Shown: positions 45,702 to 55,488 of the stretch, one piece after another | Layout: each line of letters opens with the position of its first letter | Numbering within the stretch: the stretch's first letter is position 1 | Assembly: GCA_963667725.2 (NCBI GenBank) | Contig: CAXXHO010000003.1 | Span: 640,001 to 704,000 of the forward strand | Source: Treponemataceae bacterium | GTDB lineage: Bacteria; Spirochaetota; Spirochaetia; Treponematales; Rectinemataceae | DNA length: 64,000 nt | Direction: 5' to 3' | Program-made: the position numbers and the translations under genes | The notes under the pieces: generated by a model | What the model was told of the DNA's origin: nothing | The model's database searches: none | The model's input: the letters and a program-made list of their open reading frames with translations, nothing else

Positions 45702-47260
45702 TATAGGCTCCCCTCGCGTTCCGCCGCTTTTCCCTTCGATTCGGGATCGACGCCCGCCATGAGGAGGCCTAGCGTCTCGGACTCAGCCTCGGCCGCCGGC
45801 AGCAGATCCATGATCCTTCCCTCGAACATGACCGCGATGGTGTCGGCCACCTGAAGCAGCTCGTCGATATCCTCAGAGACGAAGAGCACGCCCAGGCCCT
45901 GGTCACGCTGCGCCACGAGCTGCCTCCGCACCGATTCCGTGGCCCCGATGTCGAGGCCGCGGGAAGGGTAGACGGCGACGAGGAGATTTTTGCACGCGCC
46001 GATCTCCCTCGCGAGGATGGTCTTCTGGATGTTTCCGCCTGAGAGGAATTTCACCTGCGTCTCGGGGCTCGGCGTCATGATCTTAAAGGATTCAATCAGT
46101 TTTCTGGCCATCGAGGCTATGCGCCCGGGCAGCAGGAAAATGCCCGTCGAGAGGGGAGGCTTTCTGTAGCTCTTCATGGCCAGGTTCGAGGCCACGCTCA
46201 TCTCGCCCACGGCCCCTACCGAGGAGCGGTCCTGGGGAATATGGGCGACGCCGGCCCTGATCACCGAGATGGGCGAGGCGTTGGTGACGTCCTTGTTCCC
46301 GACGCTTACCTTGCCCGCGGTGAGGCGCCGCAGTCCGGTGATGACTTCGGCCAGCTCCCGCTGTCCGTTGCCCGCGACGCCTGCTATGCCGACGATCTCG
46401 CCCGAACGGATATTCAGGTCCACTTCCCTCAAGGCCGGCAGGCCCCTGTCATCCTTCGCCGAGACTTTTTCGAGACGCAGGATGACGTCTCCGGGAGAAA
46501 AAGGTTTCTTCTCCAGCTCGAAGAGGATTTCGCGTCCGACCATGAGCCTGGCCAGTTCGGCGGGGCTCGTCCCGGCCGTGGTCACGCCCGCCACCACCTT
46601 TCCGCGCCGCAGGACCATGACCCTGTCGGAGAAGGTCATCACCTCCTCCATCTTGTGGGTGATGAAGACGGCCGATTTCCCCTCGGCGCGCATGAGATGG
46701 ATCACCTTGCTCAGCTCGGCCGACTCCTGAGGCGTCAGGATGGCCGTAGGTTCGTCGAGGATGAGGATCTCGGCCTTGCGGTAGAGAAGCTTGAGGATTT
46801 CCACGCGCTGCTGCTCGCCCACCGAAAGCTGCCAAATCGAGGCTTCGGGGTCGACGCGGAGGTTGTATTTTTCCGAGAGCGCCTCGACTTCCTTCCTCAC
46901 TCGCTTCATGTCCGGGACGAGGGGCTGATCGCGCATCCCCAGGATGATGTTCTCCAGTACCGTCATCGAATCGACGAGCTTGAAGTTCTGGTGGACCATT
47001 CCGATGCCCAAATCCTGAGAATCCTTGGGGCCGCCTATCGAGACGGGCTTGCCCCTGACGAGGATTTCCCCCGAATCCGGCCTGTACAGCCCGCAGAGAA
47101 TATTCATAAGCGTGCTTTTGCCCGCCCCGTTTTCGCCTAGGAGGGCCAGGACTTCTCCAGGAAAAAGCTCCAGGTCGACGCAATCGTTCGCCTGGACGCC
47201 AGGGAAGGACTTGGAGACCGCTCTCATCTCGACGAGGGGCTGCCTGCTGTTTTTTTCCAT
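45701..47260 (-). CDS. Nucleoside/purine ABC ATP-binding protein (two NBDs)
   Basis: GENGAGKST, LSVGEQQRVE, LDEPT, GVAGNGQ, LSGGNIQK. Confidence 0.92.
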   Translation of the reverse strand: MEKNSRQPLVEMRAVSKSFPGVQANDCVDLELFPGEVLALLGENGAGKSTLMNILCGLYRPDSGEILVRGKPVSIGGPKDSQDLGIGMVHQNFKLVDSMTVLENIILGMRDQPLVPDMKRVRKEVEALSEKYNLRVDPEASIWQLSVGEQQRVEILKLLYRKAEILILDEPTAILTPQESAELSKVIHLMRAEGKSAVFITHKMEEVMTFSDRVMVLRRGKVVAGVTTAGTSPAELARLMVGREILFELEKKPFSPGDVILRLEKVSAKDDRGLPALREVDLNIRSGEIVGIAGVAGNGQRELAEVITGLRRLTAGKVSVGNKDVTNASPISVIRAGVAHIPQDRSSVGAVGEMSVASNLAMKSYRKPPLSTGIFLLPGRIASMARKLIESFKIMTPSPETQVKFLSGGNIQKTILAREIGACKNLLVAVYPSRGLDIGATESVRRQLVAQRDQGLGVLFVSEDIDELLQVADTIAVMFEGRIMDLLPAAEAESETLGLLMAGVDPESKGKAAEREGSL

Positions 47261-47321
47261 CTGAACTTGCCTTGATTTCCGGATTCTTGAAGGGATTTTT
47301 ATTTTAGATGCTTAAGATTAC

Positions 47322-47357
47322 AAAAAAAGCCGCCCGGGTCCAGGACCCAGGCAGCTC
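47322..47357 (-). terminator. Terminator/attenuator hairpin after the BMP gene
   Basis: Minus strand AGCTGCCTGGGTC-CTG-GACCCGGGCGGCT followed by a T-run. Confidence 0.75.
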
Positions 47358-47372
47358 TTTTCAGATCGACGA

Positions 47373-48446
47373 TTACTGAACCTTTCCGACCACGCCTTCG
47401 ACGAACCAATCCATCGAAGCCTGTTTGCCGTCGGGCACAACCTGTCCCGCGGCGTAGACCACTTTTCCGTCCTGACCCTTGAGGGGGCCGGTGAAGATGG
47501 ACCAACCGCCGAGAATCTTTTTCTGCGCGTTCTCGACTTCCTTTTTCACGCTGGCGGGAACCTTCGCGCTGATGTCGGAAATCTTGACGACCTTGTCCTT
47601 GAGTCCGCCCCAGTATTCGTGGCTTTTCCAGGTGCCGTTCAGGGCGTTCTGGATGGTGTCGGTCAGGTAGGTGCTCCACTCCCAGACGGCGCTGGCGAGA
47701 ACGGAATCGCCCACGAATTTGCCCATGTCGGAGTCGTAGCCGATGGAGAGCTTCCCGCGTTCCTGGGCAGCCTTCTGGGGCTCGGTGGTGTCCTGGTGCT
47801 GGGCGATGATGTCGGCGCCGGAATCGAGGAGGGCGACGGCCGCCTCGCGTTCTTTCACGGGGTCATACCAAGTATTGGTCCAGACGACCTTGACCTGGGC
47901 CTTGGGATTGACCGAGCGGACGCCGAGGGTGAATCCGTTGATGCCGCGCACGACCTCGGGAATGGGGAAGGCGGCGACGTAGCCGATGACGTTGGATTTG
48001 GTCATGCGGCCGGCGATGATGCCGGTTAGGTAGCGAGCTTCCTCGATGCGGCCGAAATAGGTGGCCATATTGGGAGCGGTTTTATAGCCCGAGCAGTGCT
48101 CGAATTTGACGTTGGGGAATTCCTTGGCCACGGCGAGCGTCGGATCCATATAGCCGAAGCTGGTGGTGAAGATCATGTCGAAACCGGCCATCGCGTACTG
48201 GCGGATGACGCGCTCGGCGTCGGGGCCTTCGGGGACGTTTTCTATATATTTAGTCTCGATCTGGCTGCCGAATTTCTTCTCGACGGCCAGGCGGCCGCGG
48301 TCCTGCTCATAGGTCCAGCCCATGTCTCCGGGAGGGCCAATGTACACGAAGGCGATCTTAAGCGGTTTTTTTGCCTGGGCGGCCATGGGGGCTACCAGGG
48401 AAAATGTCATGGCCAAAACCATGAGTCCAAGGATCAGCTTTTTCAT
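47373..48446 (-). CDS. BMP-family purine/nucleoside-binding protein
   Basis: FVYIGP..D.GW, TSFGYMD, PIPEVVRGIN.F, WYDP, QHQD; GGAGGAG RBS before ATG 48446. Confidence 0.9.
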   Translation of the reverse strand: MKKLILGLMVLAMTFSLVAPMAAQAKKPLKIAFVYIGPPGDMGWTYEQDRGRLAVEKKFGSQIETKYIENVPEGPDAERVIRQYAMAGFDMIFTTSFGYMDPTLAVAKEFPNVKFEHCSGYKTAPNMATYFGRIEEARYLTGIIAGRMTKSNVIGYVAAFPIPEVVRGINGFTLGVRSVNPKAQVKVVWTNTWYDPVKEREAAVALLDSGADIIAQHQDTTEPQKAAQERGKLSIGYDSDMGKFVGDSVLASAVWEWSTYLTDTIQNALNGTWKSHEYWGGLKDKVVKISDISAKVPASVKKEVENAQKKILGGWSIFTGPLKGQDGKVVYAAGQVVPDGKQASMDWFVEGVVGKVQ

Positions 48447-48518
48447 CGACAACTCCTCCAACCTGACGGATATGCGACGGGAGCACGAAGCTCACGGCGC
48501 GAAGCATGCGCTAGGGTC

Positions 48519-48547
48519 ATACTATCCTCTGGTCAGAGGGCTGTCAA
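48519..48547 (-). promoter_or_regulatory. Promoter of the BMP-ABC operon with a palindrome in the spacer
   Basis: Minus strand TTGACA-N17-TAGTAT; CCTCTG-GT-CAGAGG at 48526-48539. Confidence 0.7.
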
Positions 48548-48553
48548 TTTATT

Positions 48554-49300
48554 TTATTGGGTGATCCAGGCTTGTTCCGCGCCCTTCACCGATTTCGCGG
48601 CCGAAAGCCACTTGCTCGCTTCGGCGCGGGTGGGGTAGGGGCCTACTCTTACGTTGTAGCGGCTTTTTCCGTCTATATCCTTGACCGTTATCACGGCGGG
48701 GAGGGATTTTTCCGTGAAAGCGCTCTTGAGCGAATCGGCATTGGTCTTGACCGAGAAACTGCCTGCCTGGATCCAGTATTCGCCTGTCGAGGGCTGGGCG
48801 GCGGGGGCGACTTTGGCCGGCGCTTTCGCGACTGTCGTGGTTGTCGGCTTGACGACTGGGGTCGAGGGCGCTTTCTGGACGGGCTTGGGCTGGACCGTCT
48901 TGGCTGTCTCGACGGGAGCGGCCGGCTTTGCTGCGGGGGTCGCCGTGGGTGTCGCGGAAGGTGTCGGCGACGGCGTTGACGTTGGCGTCACATAGATGGT
49001 CGTCGTGGCTGGCTTGGCCTGCTCCACGGGCGCGGACGATTGGCCGGAAGGATCGTTTCCGTACACGATGATGATGTCTCCGCTGCTTGTGGTCTTCGTG
49101 GTCGAGGGATCAGCGGGAGCGTCGGCGAGAAAATCCTGGGGAGAGTCCTGTCGCGGCTCAGCCTTGCCCGTAAGGTCGAAAGGAACTTCCTCGGTGGATT
49201 TGCCGGGAGAGAAAAGAAGGAAGGCCGCGCCTACAACGACAAGCACGAAAAGACTGACGGCGGCCGCCAGCCAGAGCAATTTTTTGGAATTTTCTGCCAT
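48554..49300 (-). CDS. SPOR-domain membrane protein
   Basis: N-terminal TM, Pro/Thr/Ala-rich linker, YWIQAGSF...YNVRVGPY. Confidence 0.88.
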   Translation of the reverse strand: MAENSKKLLWLAAAVSLFVLVVVGAAFLLFSPGKSTEEVPFDLTGKAEPRQDSPQDFLADAPADPSTTKTTSSGDIIIVYGNDPSGQSSAPVEQAKPATTTIYVTPTSTPSPTPSATPTATPAAKPAAPVETAKTVQPKPVQKAPSTPVVKPTTTTVAKAPAKVAPAAQPSTGEYWIQAGSFSVKTNADSLKSAFTEKSLPAVITVKDIDGKSRYNVRVGPYPTRAEASKWLSAAKSVKGAEQAWITQ

Positions 49301-49422
49301 TCAACGACTCCATGAGGTGTCCGGCTTGCCCGCGATTTCATACCGAGGCTTAAGCTTATGTCCGGTTTTTCCTCTTCCATTTAAGAATATCGGAGGCTTT
49401 GGCGGCGAAATATAGGCTTTTT

Positions 49423-50037
49423 TTAGGTTTTAGCGCCGTTGCCGCTGGAAGGCAGAGCGGCAAGAGCCGCCTTGATGCCACGCTCGAGCGCCTCGCGGCT
49501 GCCGGAATTGTCCACGAAGACGACAAGCGGCTTTCCGCCTGGCAGGCTTGTTGGCCTCAGTTTCCACATGGAGCGCTGGCTGGCGATCCGCCTGAGGATG
49601 TCGAGCGTGCCCAGGCCATCGCGCTTGCGGCCGCGCTGGATTCTCTGGCAGAGCGGCGCCCGAACCTCGATGATGAGATCGCAGCGCCGCGCGTAGTCGG
49701 TCCGGTAGAGGAGGGGGGCGTTGACGCAGACCCAGTCGTTCGCCGCGATTTCAGCTTCCATGAGCCCGAGAATGACGGGGTGGACGATGGATTCGTGGAG
49801 GCGCAGGCGTTCGGGATCCGAAAAGACTAACGCGCCCAGGGCCTTCCTGTCGATAGAACCGTCGTCGGCGAGGATTCCCCGGCCGAAGGTCGCGACGAGC
49901 TTATCAGCGCAGAGCCCGAGAGCCCTGTGCGCCAGCCTGTCGGCGTCGACATTGGCGAAGCCCATGGCTTCAAGTATCTCGGCGGCCTGGCTTTTCCCGG
50001 CGCAGTAACCGCCCGTAAGTCCGATTATCCTTTTCAT
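49423..50037 (-). CDS. coaE: Dephospho-CoA kinase
   Basis: IGLTGGYCAGKS, DAD, IDRKALG..VF, LHESIVHP, RIASQ; directly after polA. Confidence 0.9.
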   Translation of the reverse strand: MKRIIGLTGGYCAGKSQAAEILEAMGFANVDADRLAHRALGLCADKLVATFGRGILADDGSIDRKALGALVFSDPERLRLHESIVHPVILGLMEAEIAANDWVCVNAPLLYRTDYARRCDLIIEVRAPLCQRIQRGRKRDGLGTLDILRRIASQRSMWKLRPTSLPGGKPLVVFVDNSGSREALERGIKAALAALPSSGNGAKT

Positions 50038-52905
50038 TTAATGCATGTCGCCCCAGGAATAAGCCGACTCCATGCTCACCCTCAACGGAATGGAAAGTTC
50101 GGCCGCCGCCTCCATTTCCTTTTTTATGATGACGCAGGCGGCTTCGACGCTCGCCTCGGGAGCCTCGAACACGAGTTCGTCGTGCACCTGGAGGAGCATC
50201 GTGACTTCGGGCATTTTCTCTCGCAGCTCGGCGTCGACGAGGAGCATGGCCCTTTTCACGATGTCGGCGGCCGTCCCCTGGATGGGCGTGTTCACCGCGA
50301 CGCGCTGGGCCGCCTGCCGCTCCGTCTTGTTCCTCGAGTTGATCGCGTCTATTTTTCGTCTTCGGCCGAACATCGTCGTGGAATATCCCGACGCTTCGGT
50401 TTCGGCTATCGTCTTCTGGATGAAGCCCGCCACGCCCGAGTACGTGGTGAAATAGGCGTCGATGAAGCCCTGGGCCTTAGCGTTCGGTATGCCTAGGTCC
50501 CTAGCCAGCCTGAAGGCGCTCATGCCGTAGATCACGCCGAAATTGATGGTCTTGGCGACCCTGCGATGTTCAGGCGTCACCGCGGCCTCGTCGATCCCGA
50601 AGATGAAGGCGGCGGTGCGCTTGTGGATGTCGACGCCTTCCTTGAACGCGGCGATGAGGTTCGCGTCGCCCGAAAGATGAGCCATCACCACGAGCTCGAT
50701 CTGGGAATAGTCGGCCGAAATGAGGCGCTGGCCGGGCGCGGCCGTGAACGACGCACGTATCCGCCTGCCTTCCTCGTCGCGTATCGGAATGTTTTGGAGG
50801 TTGGGATCCTTGCTGGAGAGCCTCCCCGTGGCCGCGCCCGTCTGTATGTAGGTCGTGTGGACGCGGCCCGAGGGCGTGCGTTCGGCGAGTTCAGCCAACG
50901 TGTCGATATAGGTGTTCTTGAGCTTGGCAAGCTGCCGCTGGCGCAGAATGAGCTGCGGAACGGGGTCGAGAGGCGCCAGTTCCTCCAGGACAGTCGTGTC
51001 GGTCGAATACCCAGTCTTCGTGCGCTTCTGCGGAGGCAGCTTCCGTTCCACGAAGAGCACTTCCTGCAGCTGTTTCGTCGAGGCGAGGTTGAAATCGTGG
51101 CCGACGAGTTCCCAAACCTTCTTTTCGATGTCGCGGAGCTCGGCCTCGAGCTCGACGCCGTATTTGCGCAGTTCTCCGGCGTTGACGACGATGCCCTTCT
51201 CCTCCATCTCGGCGAGCACGGGGATGAGAGGCATTTCCATGTAACTGAAAATATCCTCGAGCTTTTCGCGCTTGAGTTCTTCGCTTAAGAGGAGATGCAG
51301 GCGGAGCGTGAAGTCGGCGTCCTCCGACGCATAACGCGTAGCGAGGGCGATGGGCACGGAATCGAAGGTCTTGCCCTTTTCGACGACCGATTCGTAACTG
51401 AGCCCCGACAGGCCGAGGAGCCGCTCGGAAAGGCTCTCGAGGGAGAAGGAATTGGATTCGGCGTCGAGAATCCAGGCCGCTATCATGGTGTCGAAGATGC
51501 GGTTGCCGATAGTGAGTCCGATTCTCTTCATTATATGGAAATCGTATTTAATGTTGTGTCCGACGATGAGCGCTTTCGACGCGAACAGCCGCTTCAATTG
51601 ACGTTGCGCGGCATCAATAGGGACGGTCGGCGAATCGGGCGACTTGAGCGGAACGTAGAACGCTTCCTTGGGAGTCTTCGAAAGCGAAAAACCGACGATG
51701 TTCGCCACTATGGCGTCGATGCTGTCCGTTTCCGTGTCGAAGGCGAAGGTTCCCGCGGCGATGCACGCGTCCACGAGGGAGCCGAGTTCCTCCTCTGTCG
51801 TGACGGCCAGATATGTTCCGTCGCCCTTGAGATCCTCGGGCGAAAGGTTGAGCGACGCGGATGGCGCTGGCGGCGTGGACGATACCGACTGCGCTGACGG
51901 CGCGGGGGCGGCGTCAAGATCATTCTCGTCGAAAAGGCCGCCGACCATCGCCTTCCTTTTAGGATCGGCGCGGACCGATGTCACGGCCGCAGCTCCCGCG
52001 ACGGCCGGGGAAGCCGCCGGCACTGAGACTTCGCCCAACGCTAGGCTCTTCATCCCTTCCCTCAAGAAGATAATCGAGGCGGCCGCCCTGTCGAGCGCAT
52101 CCACGTGGAGTTCGTCCAGCGAGGAAAGCCCAAGGGGCAATTCGTCGGCGAGCGTTATAAGCTTGCGCGAGAGGGCGGCATCTTCCCGCCCGGCTTCCAG
52201 CTTCGCCTTCAGCGAATCGGGTTTGACGCTGTCGAGGGAGGCGTAGATGCCATCGACCGTCCTGAACTGCGAGAGCAGCTTGAGGGCGGTTTTGTCCCCG
52301 ATGCCGCGCACGCCGGGAATATTGTCGGAGGCGTCGCCAGTGAGCGACAGATAGTCGAGGATCCTGTCGGGACCCACGCCCCATTCGACCTCAACTTCCG
52401 CCGAGTCCAGCTCCTTGAAACCGAAACCTTCCTGGGGACGAAGCGCCTTGACGCTCCCGCCGACGAGCTGGAGGAGGTCTTTGTCGCCGGAGACGACATA
52501 GCAGTCTCTCTCTTCCCTGCGGCTCCTCTTGGCGATGGTCGCTATCACGTCGTCGGCCTCGTAGCCTTCGGCCCTCAGCATGGGAACCTTCAACGCCGCG
52601 AGAATTTCCTCGACCATGGGAACCTGGTCTATGAGATCCTCGGGCGTCTTCTGGCGGGTGGCCTTGTAGGCATCATACATCTCGTGCCTGAAGGTTTTCC
52701 CCTTCGAATCGAAGACGGCCGCGAAGGCGTCGGGTTTTCGCTGATCGAAAAGCGAGAAGAGAAATCTGAAGAAGCCATAGACGGCCGACACGTTCCTGCC
52801 CGAGGAATTCCTCAAAGGCCTGGACAGAAAGGCGAAATAGGAACGGTAGACGATGGCGTAGACATCGAGGATATAGAGGGAGGGTTTCATGGGGGCTTCT
52901 TTCAT
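50038..52905 (-). CDS. polA: DNA polymerase I
   Basis: 5'-3' nuclease (FRHE.Y..YKATR, EADD, GDASDNIPG), 3'-5' exonuclease (DTET, HNIKYD, YASED), polymerase (DYSQIEL, KTINFGVIYG, QVHDEL); start 52905 or 52890. Confidence 0.97.
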   Translation of the reverse strand: MKEAPMKPSLYILDVYAIVYRSYFAFLSRPLRNSSGRNVSAVYGFFRFLFSLFDQRKPDAFAAVFDSKGKTFRHEMYDAYKATRQKTPEDLIDQVPMVEEILAALKVPMLRAEGYEADDVIATIAKRSRREERDCYVVSGDKDLLQLVGGSVKALRPQEGFGFKELDSAEVEVEWGVGPDRILDYLSLTGDASDNIPGVRGIGDKTALKLLSQFRTVDGIYASLDSVKPDSLKAKLEAGREDAALSRKLITLADELPLGLSSLDELHVDALDRAAASIIFLREGMKSLALGEVSVPAASPAVAGAAAVTSVRADPKRKAMVGGLFDENDLDAAPAPSAQSVSSTPPAPSASLNLSPEDLKGDGTYLAVTTEEELGSLVDACIAAGTFAFDTETDSIDAIVANIVGFSLSKTPKEAFYVPLKSPDSPTVPIDAAQRQLKRLFASKALIVGHNIKYDFHIMKRIGLTIGNRIFDTMIAAWILDAESNSFSLESLSERLLGLSGLSYESVVEKGKTFDSVPIALATRYASEDADFTLRLHLLLSEELKREKLEDIFSYMEMPLIPVLAEMEEKGIVVNAGELRKYGVELEAELRDIEKKVWELVGHDFNLASTKQLQEVLFVERKLPPQKRTKTGYSTDTTVLEELAPLDPVPQLILRQRQLAKLKNTYIDTLAELAERTPSGRVHTTYIQTGAATGRLSSKDPNLQNIPIRDEEGRRIRASFTAAPGQRLISADYSQIELVVMAHLSGDANLIAAFKEGVDIHKRTAAFIFGIDEAAVTPEHRRVAKTINFGVIYGMSAFRLARDLGIPNAKAQGFIDAYFTTYSGVAGFIQKTIAETEASGYSTTMFGRRRKIDAINSRNKTERQAAQRVAVNTPIQGTAADIVKRAMLLVDAELREKMPEVTMLLQVHDELVFEAPEASVEAACVIIKKEMEAAAELSIPLRVSMESAYSWGDMH

Positions 52906-53426
52906 CGTGCCTTCTTGGATTCTTCGTACGCTTCGATGATCTGGTAGGCGGCGTTGATTCTCGTGCTCGTCTCGGTGGCTTTTTTGAGCTGATCGGGCGT
53001 GGAGGCGTTCCTGTCGGGGTGGTATTTGAAGAGGAGCTTCTTGTAGGCCGCCTTCACTTCCGCGAAGGGGCTGTAGGGCTTGAGGCCTAGATATTTATAG
53101 GCATCCTCGATGACGGCGTTCGTGGCATCAGCCGAGGCATCGGCCGAGGCTCTATTGCCCCAGGATGTCCGGTAGCGCCGGTTTTGGTCTTCCCTGGCTC
53201 GCCGCTCGCGTTCGGCCTGCGCCCGCTGTTCCTCGGCTTCGCGCTTCTCGCTCTCGGTTTTGCTCGTGTCGAGGAAATCGTCCAGTTCGGCCATGGCGGC
53301 GTCCATATCCGGGTCGCCATAGGTCTGCCGCGTTCCGGCCCTGCCGTATGAAGAAGCCGCCGCCGATGTACCGGAACTGGCCCACGCTTTCACCAACTTT
53401 TCCAGACGCTCGAAAATCTGATCCAC
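52902..53426 (-). CDS. Protein with a C-terminal DnaJ (J) domain
   Basis: AYKYLGL...VKAAYKKLL.KYHPDRN...INAAY; GTG start after AGGAG. Confidence 0.85.
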   Translation of the reverse strand: MDQIFERLEKLVKAWASSGTSAAASSYGRAGTRQTYGDPDMDAAMAELDDFLDTSKTESEKREAEEQRAQAERERRAREDQNRRYRTSWGNRASADASADATNAVIEDAYKYLGLKPYSPFAEVKAAYKKLLFKYHPDRNASTPDQLKKATETSTRINAAYQIIEAYEESKKAR

Positions 53427-53546
53427 CCCTAGCTCCTTGACCCTGACTCTTGCGCTACTCTACCGCAGGGACGGGGCATTTTCAATGGCCGACGGGCTTT
53501 GCCAAAAAGCCTCGGTGCATGTATCATGCATCTTAGGACATATGCT

Positions 53547-54548
53547 ATGGAAAACCACGAAAACGCGCGCGTCGTCGTCGTAGGCGGCGCCAACATCGAT
53601 ATACAAGGCACCTCCAGGGGTGCCTTCGTGCTCGGCGATTCCAACCCGGGAACCATCGCGCGCGCCTGCGGCGGCGTGGGGCGCAACATCGCCGAGAACT
53701 GCGCCAGACTGGGACTTTCGACATGGCTCATCACGGCCTTCGGCGACGATGAGGACGCGCGCTTCCTCCAATCCGACTGCGAGCGCAAAGGCATCGTCGT
53801 GAGCGCGAGTCTTAGCGCTCAGGCGCCCACCGCGCGCTATATCTGCGCCATAAATAACGATGGATCCCTCGTCGCGGCGGTAGCCGACATGGTTATCGTC
53901 GACTTGCTGACGCCCGAATTCCTCGCGTCCAGAAAATCCTATCTCGATTCGGCGGACTATATCGTCGCCGACGCCAACCTTCCGGCCTCGAGCCTGGCTT
54001 GGCTCGCCCAAGGCTACGGCAGAACGGAGAGGGCGGCGACAGGCAGGCGGTCTCCACGCCTCTTCCTCGATACCGTTTCCTCGGCCAAAGCGGTCAAAGC
54101 CAAAGACCTGACAGGCGACTTCGACTTCATGAAACCCAACAGGGCCGAGGCGGCCATACTCGCGGACTTTGCGGGCTTCGCGGGGACGGAAGCCGTCGAG
54201 CCCGAAACCCTCTGCGCGGCGATGGCTTCCAAAGGGAAAACCCCCGGCGAGCTCTTCATATCCCTTGGCGAAGAGGGAATATATTATTATACACATATAG
54301 CGGATTGCGGACGCGTTGGTCTCCCCGCGCCGGAATTGAGGCCAGTCTCGATAAACCGTTCGGGCGCCGGCGACGCGGCCTGCGCCGCCTTGGTCTGGGC
54401 TGACGCCAGAGGCTATGGAATGAGGGATAAGGCTCGCTACGCCCTCGCAGCGGCCATGCTGACGGCGGCTTCGCCCGAACCCGTGGCTTCCGACCTGAAC
54501 GAAACCGTCCTTGAGACGCGCACGCGCCTTATGTTTCCCGAGGAGTGA
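53547..54548 (+). CDS. psuK: Pseudouridine kinase (PfkB family)
   Basis: VVGGANIDI, DSNPG, GGVGRNIAEN, KPNRAEA, GAGDA; adjacent to psuG. Confidence 0.8.
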   Translation: MENHENARVVVVGGANIDIQGTSRGAFVLGDSNPGTIARACGGVGRNIAENCARLGLSTWLITAFGDDEDARFLQSDCERKGIVVSASLSAQAPTARYICAINNDGSLVAAVADMVIVDLLTPEFLASRKSYLDSADYIVADANLPASSLAWLAQGYGRTERAATGRRSPRLFLDTVSSAKAVKAKDLTGDFDFMKPNRAEAAILADFAGFAGTEAVEPETLCAAMASKGKTPGELFISLGEEGIYYYTHIADCGRVGLPAPELRPVSINRSGAGDAACAALVWADARGYGMRDKARYALAAAMLTAASPEPVASDLNETVLETRTRLMFPEE

Positions 54549-54552
54549 TTCG

Positions 54553-55473
54553 ATGAACAAATACCTGGATATCGCCGAAGATGTGAAGTCAGCCCTCGCG
54601 GCGGGCAGGCCCGTCGTGGCCCTCGAGTCGACCATAATCAGCCACGGCATGCCCTGGCCGAAAAATCTCGATACCGCCCTCGAAGTGGAAGAGGCGGTGA
54701 GGGCGGCCGGAGCCCTGCCCGCCACGGTGGCCATCATAGGCGGCCGGCTGAAGGCCGGGCTCTCCCGCGCCGAGCTCGAGCGCCTCGCGAAAGCCGGTCC
54801 CTCCGTGACGAAGGCTTCCAGGCGCGACTTCCCGCGTCTCCTCGCCGAAGGCGGCATGGGAGCCACCACCGTGGCGGGCACAATGATCGTGGCCTCCATG
54901 GCAGGGATCAGGATTTTCGCGACGGGCGGGATGGGCGGCATCCACAGGGGCGCCGAGAGCACCTGGGACATCTCCGCTGACCTCGAGGAACTGTCGTGGA
55001 CAAGCGTAGCCGTCGTCTGCGCGGGCGCGAAGTCCATCCTCGATCTTCCCAAGACCCTCGAATACCTCGAAACGAAGGGCGTGCCCGTCATCGGCTACCG
55101 GACCCAGGAGCTTCCCGCCTTCTATACGAGCCATTCCGGAATAATGCTCGAGGAGAGGGCCGAGAGTCCCTCCGAGATCGCCGCCATGCTCGAGGCGAAA
55201 TGGGCGGTGGGACTCGATGGCGGCGTCGTGGTGGCCAACCCCATTCCAGAAGAATTTTCCATGGATCCCGAAACCATCAATCCGGCCATAGACACTGCCG
55301 TCGCTGATGCCCGCAGGCTGGGGATAAGCGGGAAAAGGCTCACTCCCTTTCTCCTCGCCAGGATAGTCGAACTCACGGGAGGGGACAGCCTTGAATCCAA
55401 CATCGCCCTCGTCAAGCACAACGCGGCGCTCGCGGCGGTCATAGCTTCCGCTTATGCGTCCATTCGCCGATAA
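54553..55473 (+). CDS. psuG: Pseudouridine-5'-phosphate glycosidase
   Basis: VALESTIISHGMP, ATTVAGTM, FATGG.GG.HRGA, DISADLEEL, GAKSILD, TPFLL. Confidence 0.95.
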   Translation: MNKYLDIAEDVKSALAAGRPVVALESTIISHGMPWPKNLDTALEVEEAVRAAGALPATVAIIGGRLKAGLSRAELERLAKAGPSVTKASRRDFPRLLAEGGMGATTVAGTMIVASMAGIRIFATGGMGGIHRGAESTWDISADLEELSWTSVAVVCAGAKSILDLPKTLEYLETKGVPVIGYRTQELPAFYTSHSGIMLEERAESPSEIAAMLEAKWAVGLDGGVVVANPIPEEFSMDPETINPAIDTAVADARRLGISGKRLTPFLLARIVELTGGDSLESNIALVKHNAALAAVIASAYASIRR

Positions 55474-55488
55474 AAGAAGGAGTCTTTC

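Noticed and set aside
48447..48518. Purine or xanthine riboswitch in the BMP leader (also checked upstream of ade and of 19512)
   Set aside because: The leaders are short and I could not see the conserved aptamer cores by eye; an Rfam/Infernal scan would settle it
48830..49000. Repetitive Thr/Pro/Ala-coding stretch
   Set aside because: Ordinary low-complexity linker of the SPOR protein, not a repeat array or CRISPR
53532..53551. ACATATGC upstream of psuK (and ACATATGA at 1139-1146) as extra island-operator sites
   Set aside because: The core is imperfect, the flanks lack the symmetric AT-rich arms, and both overlap RBS/start regions of unrelated genes
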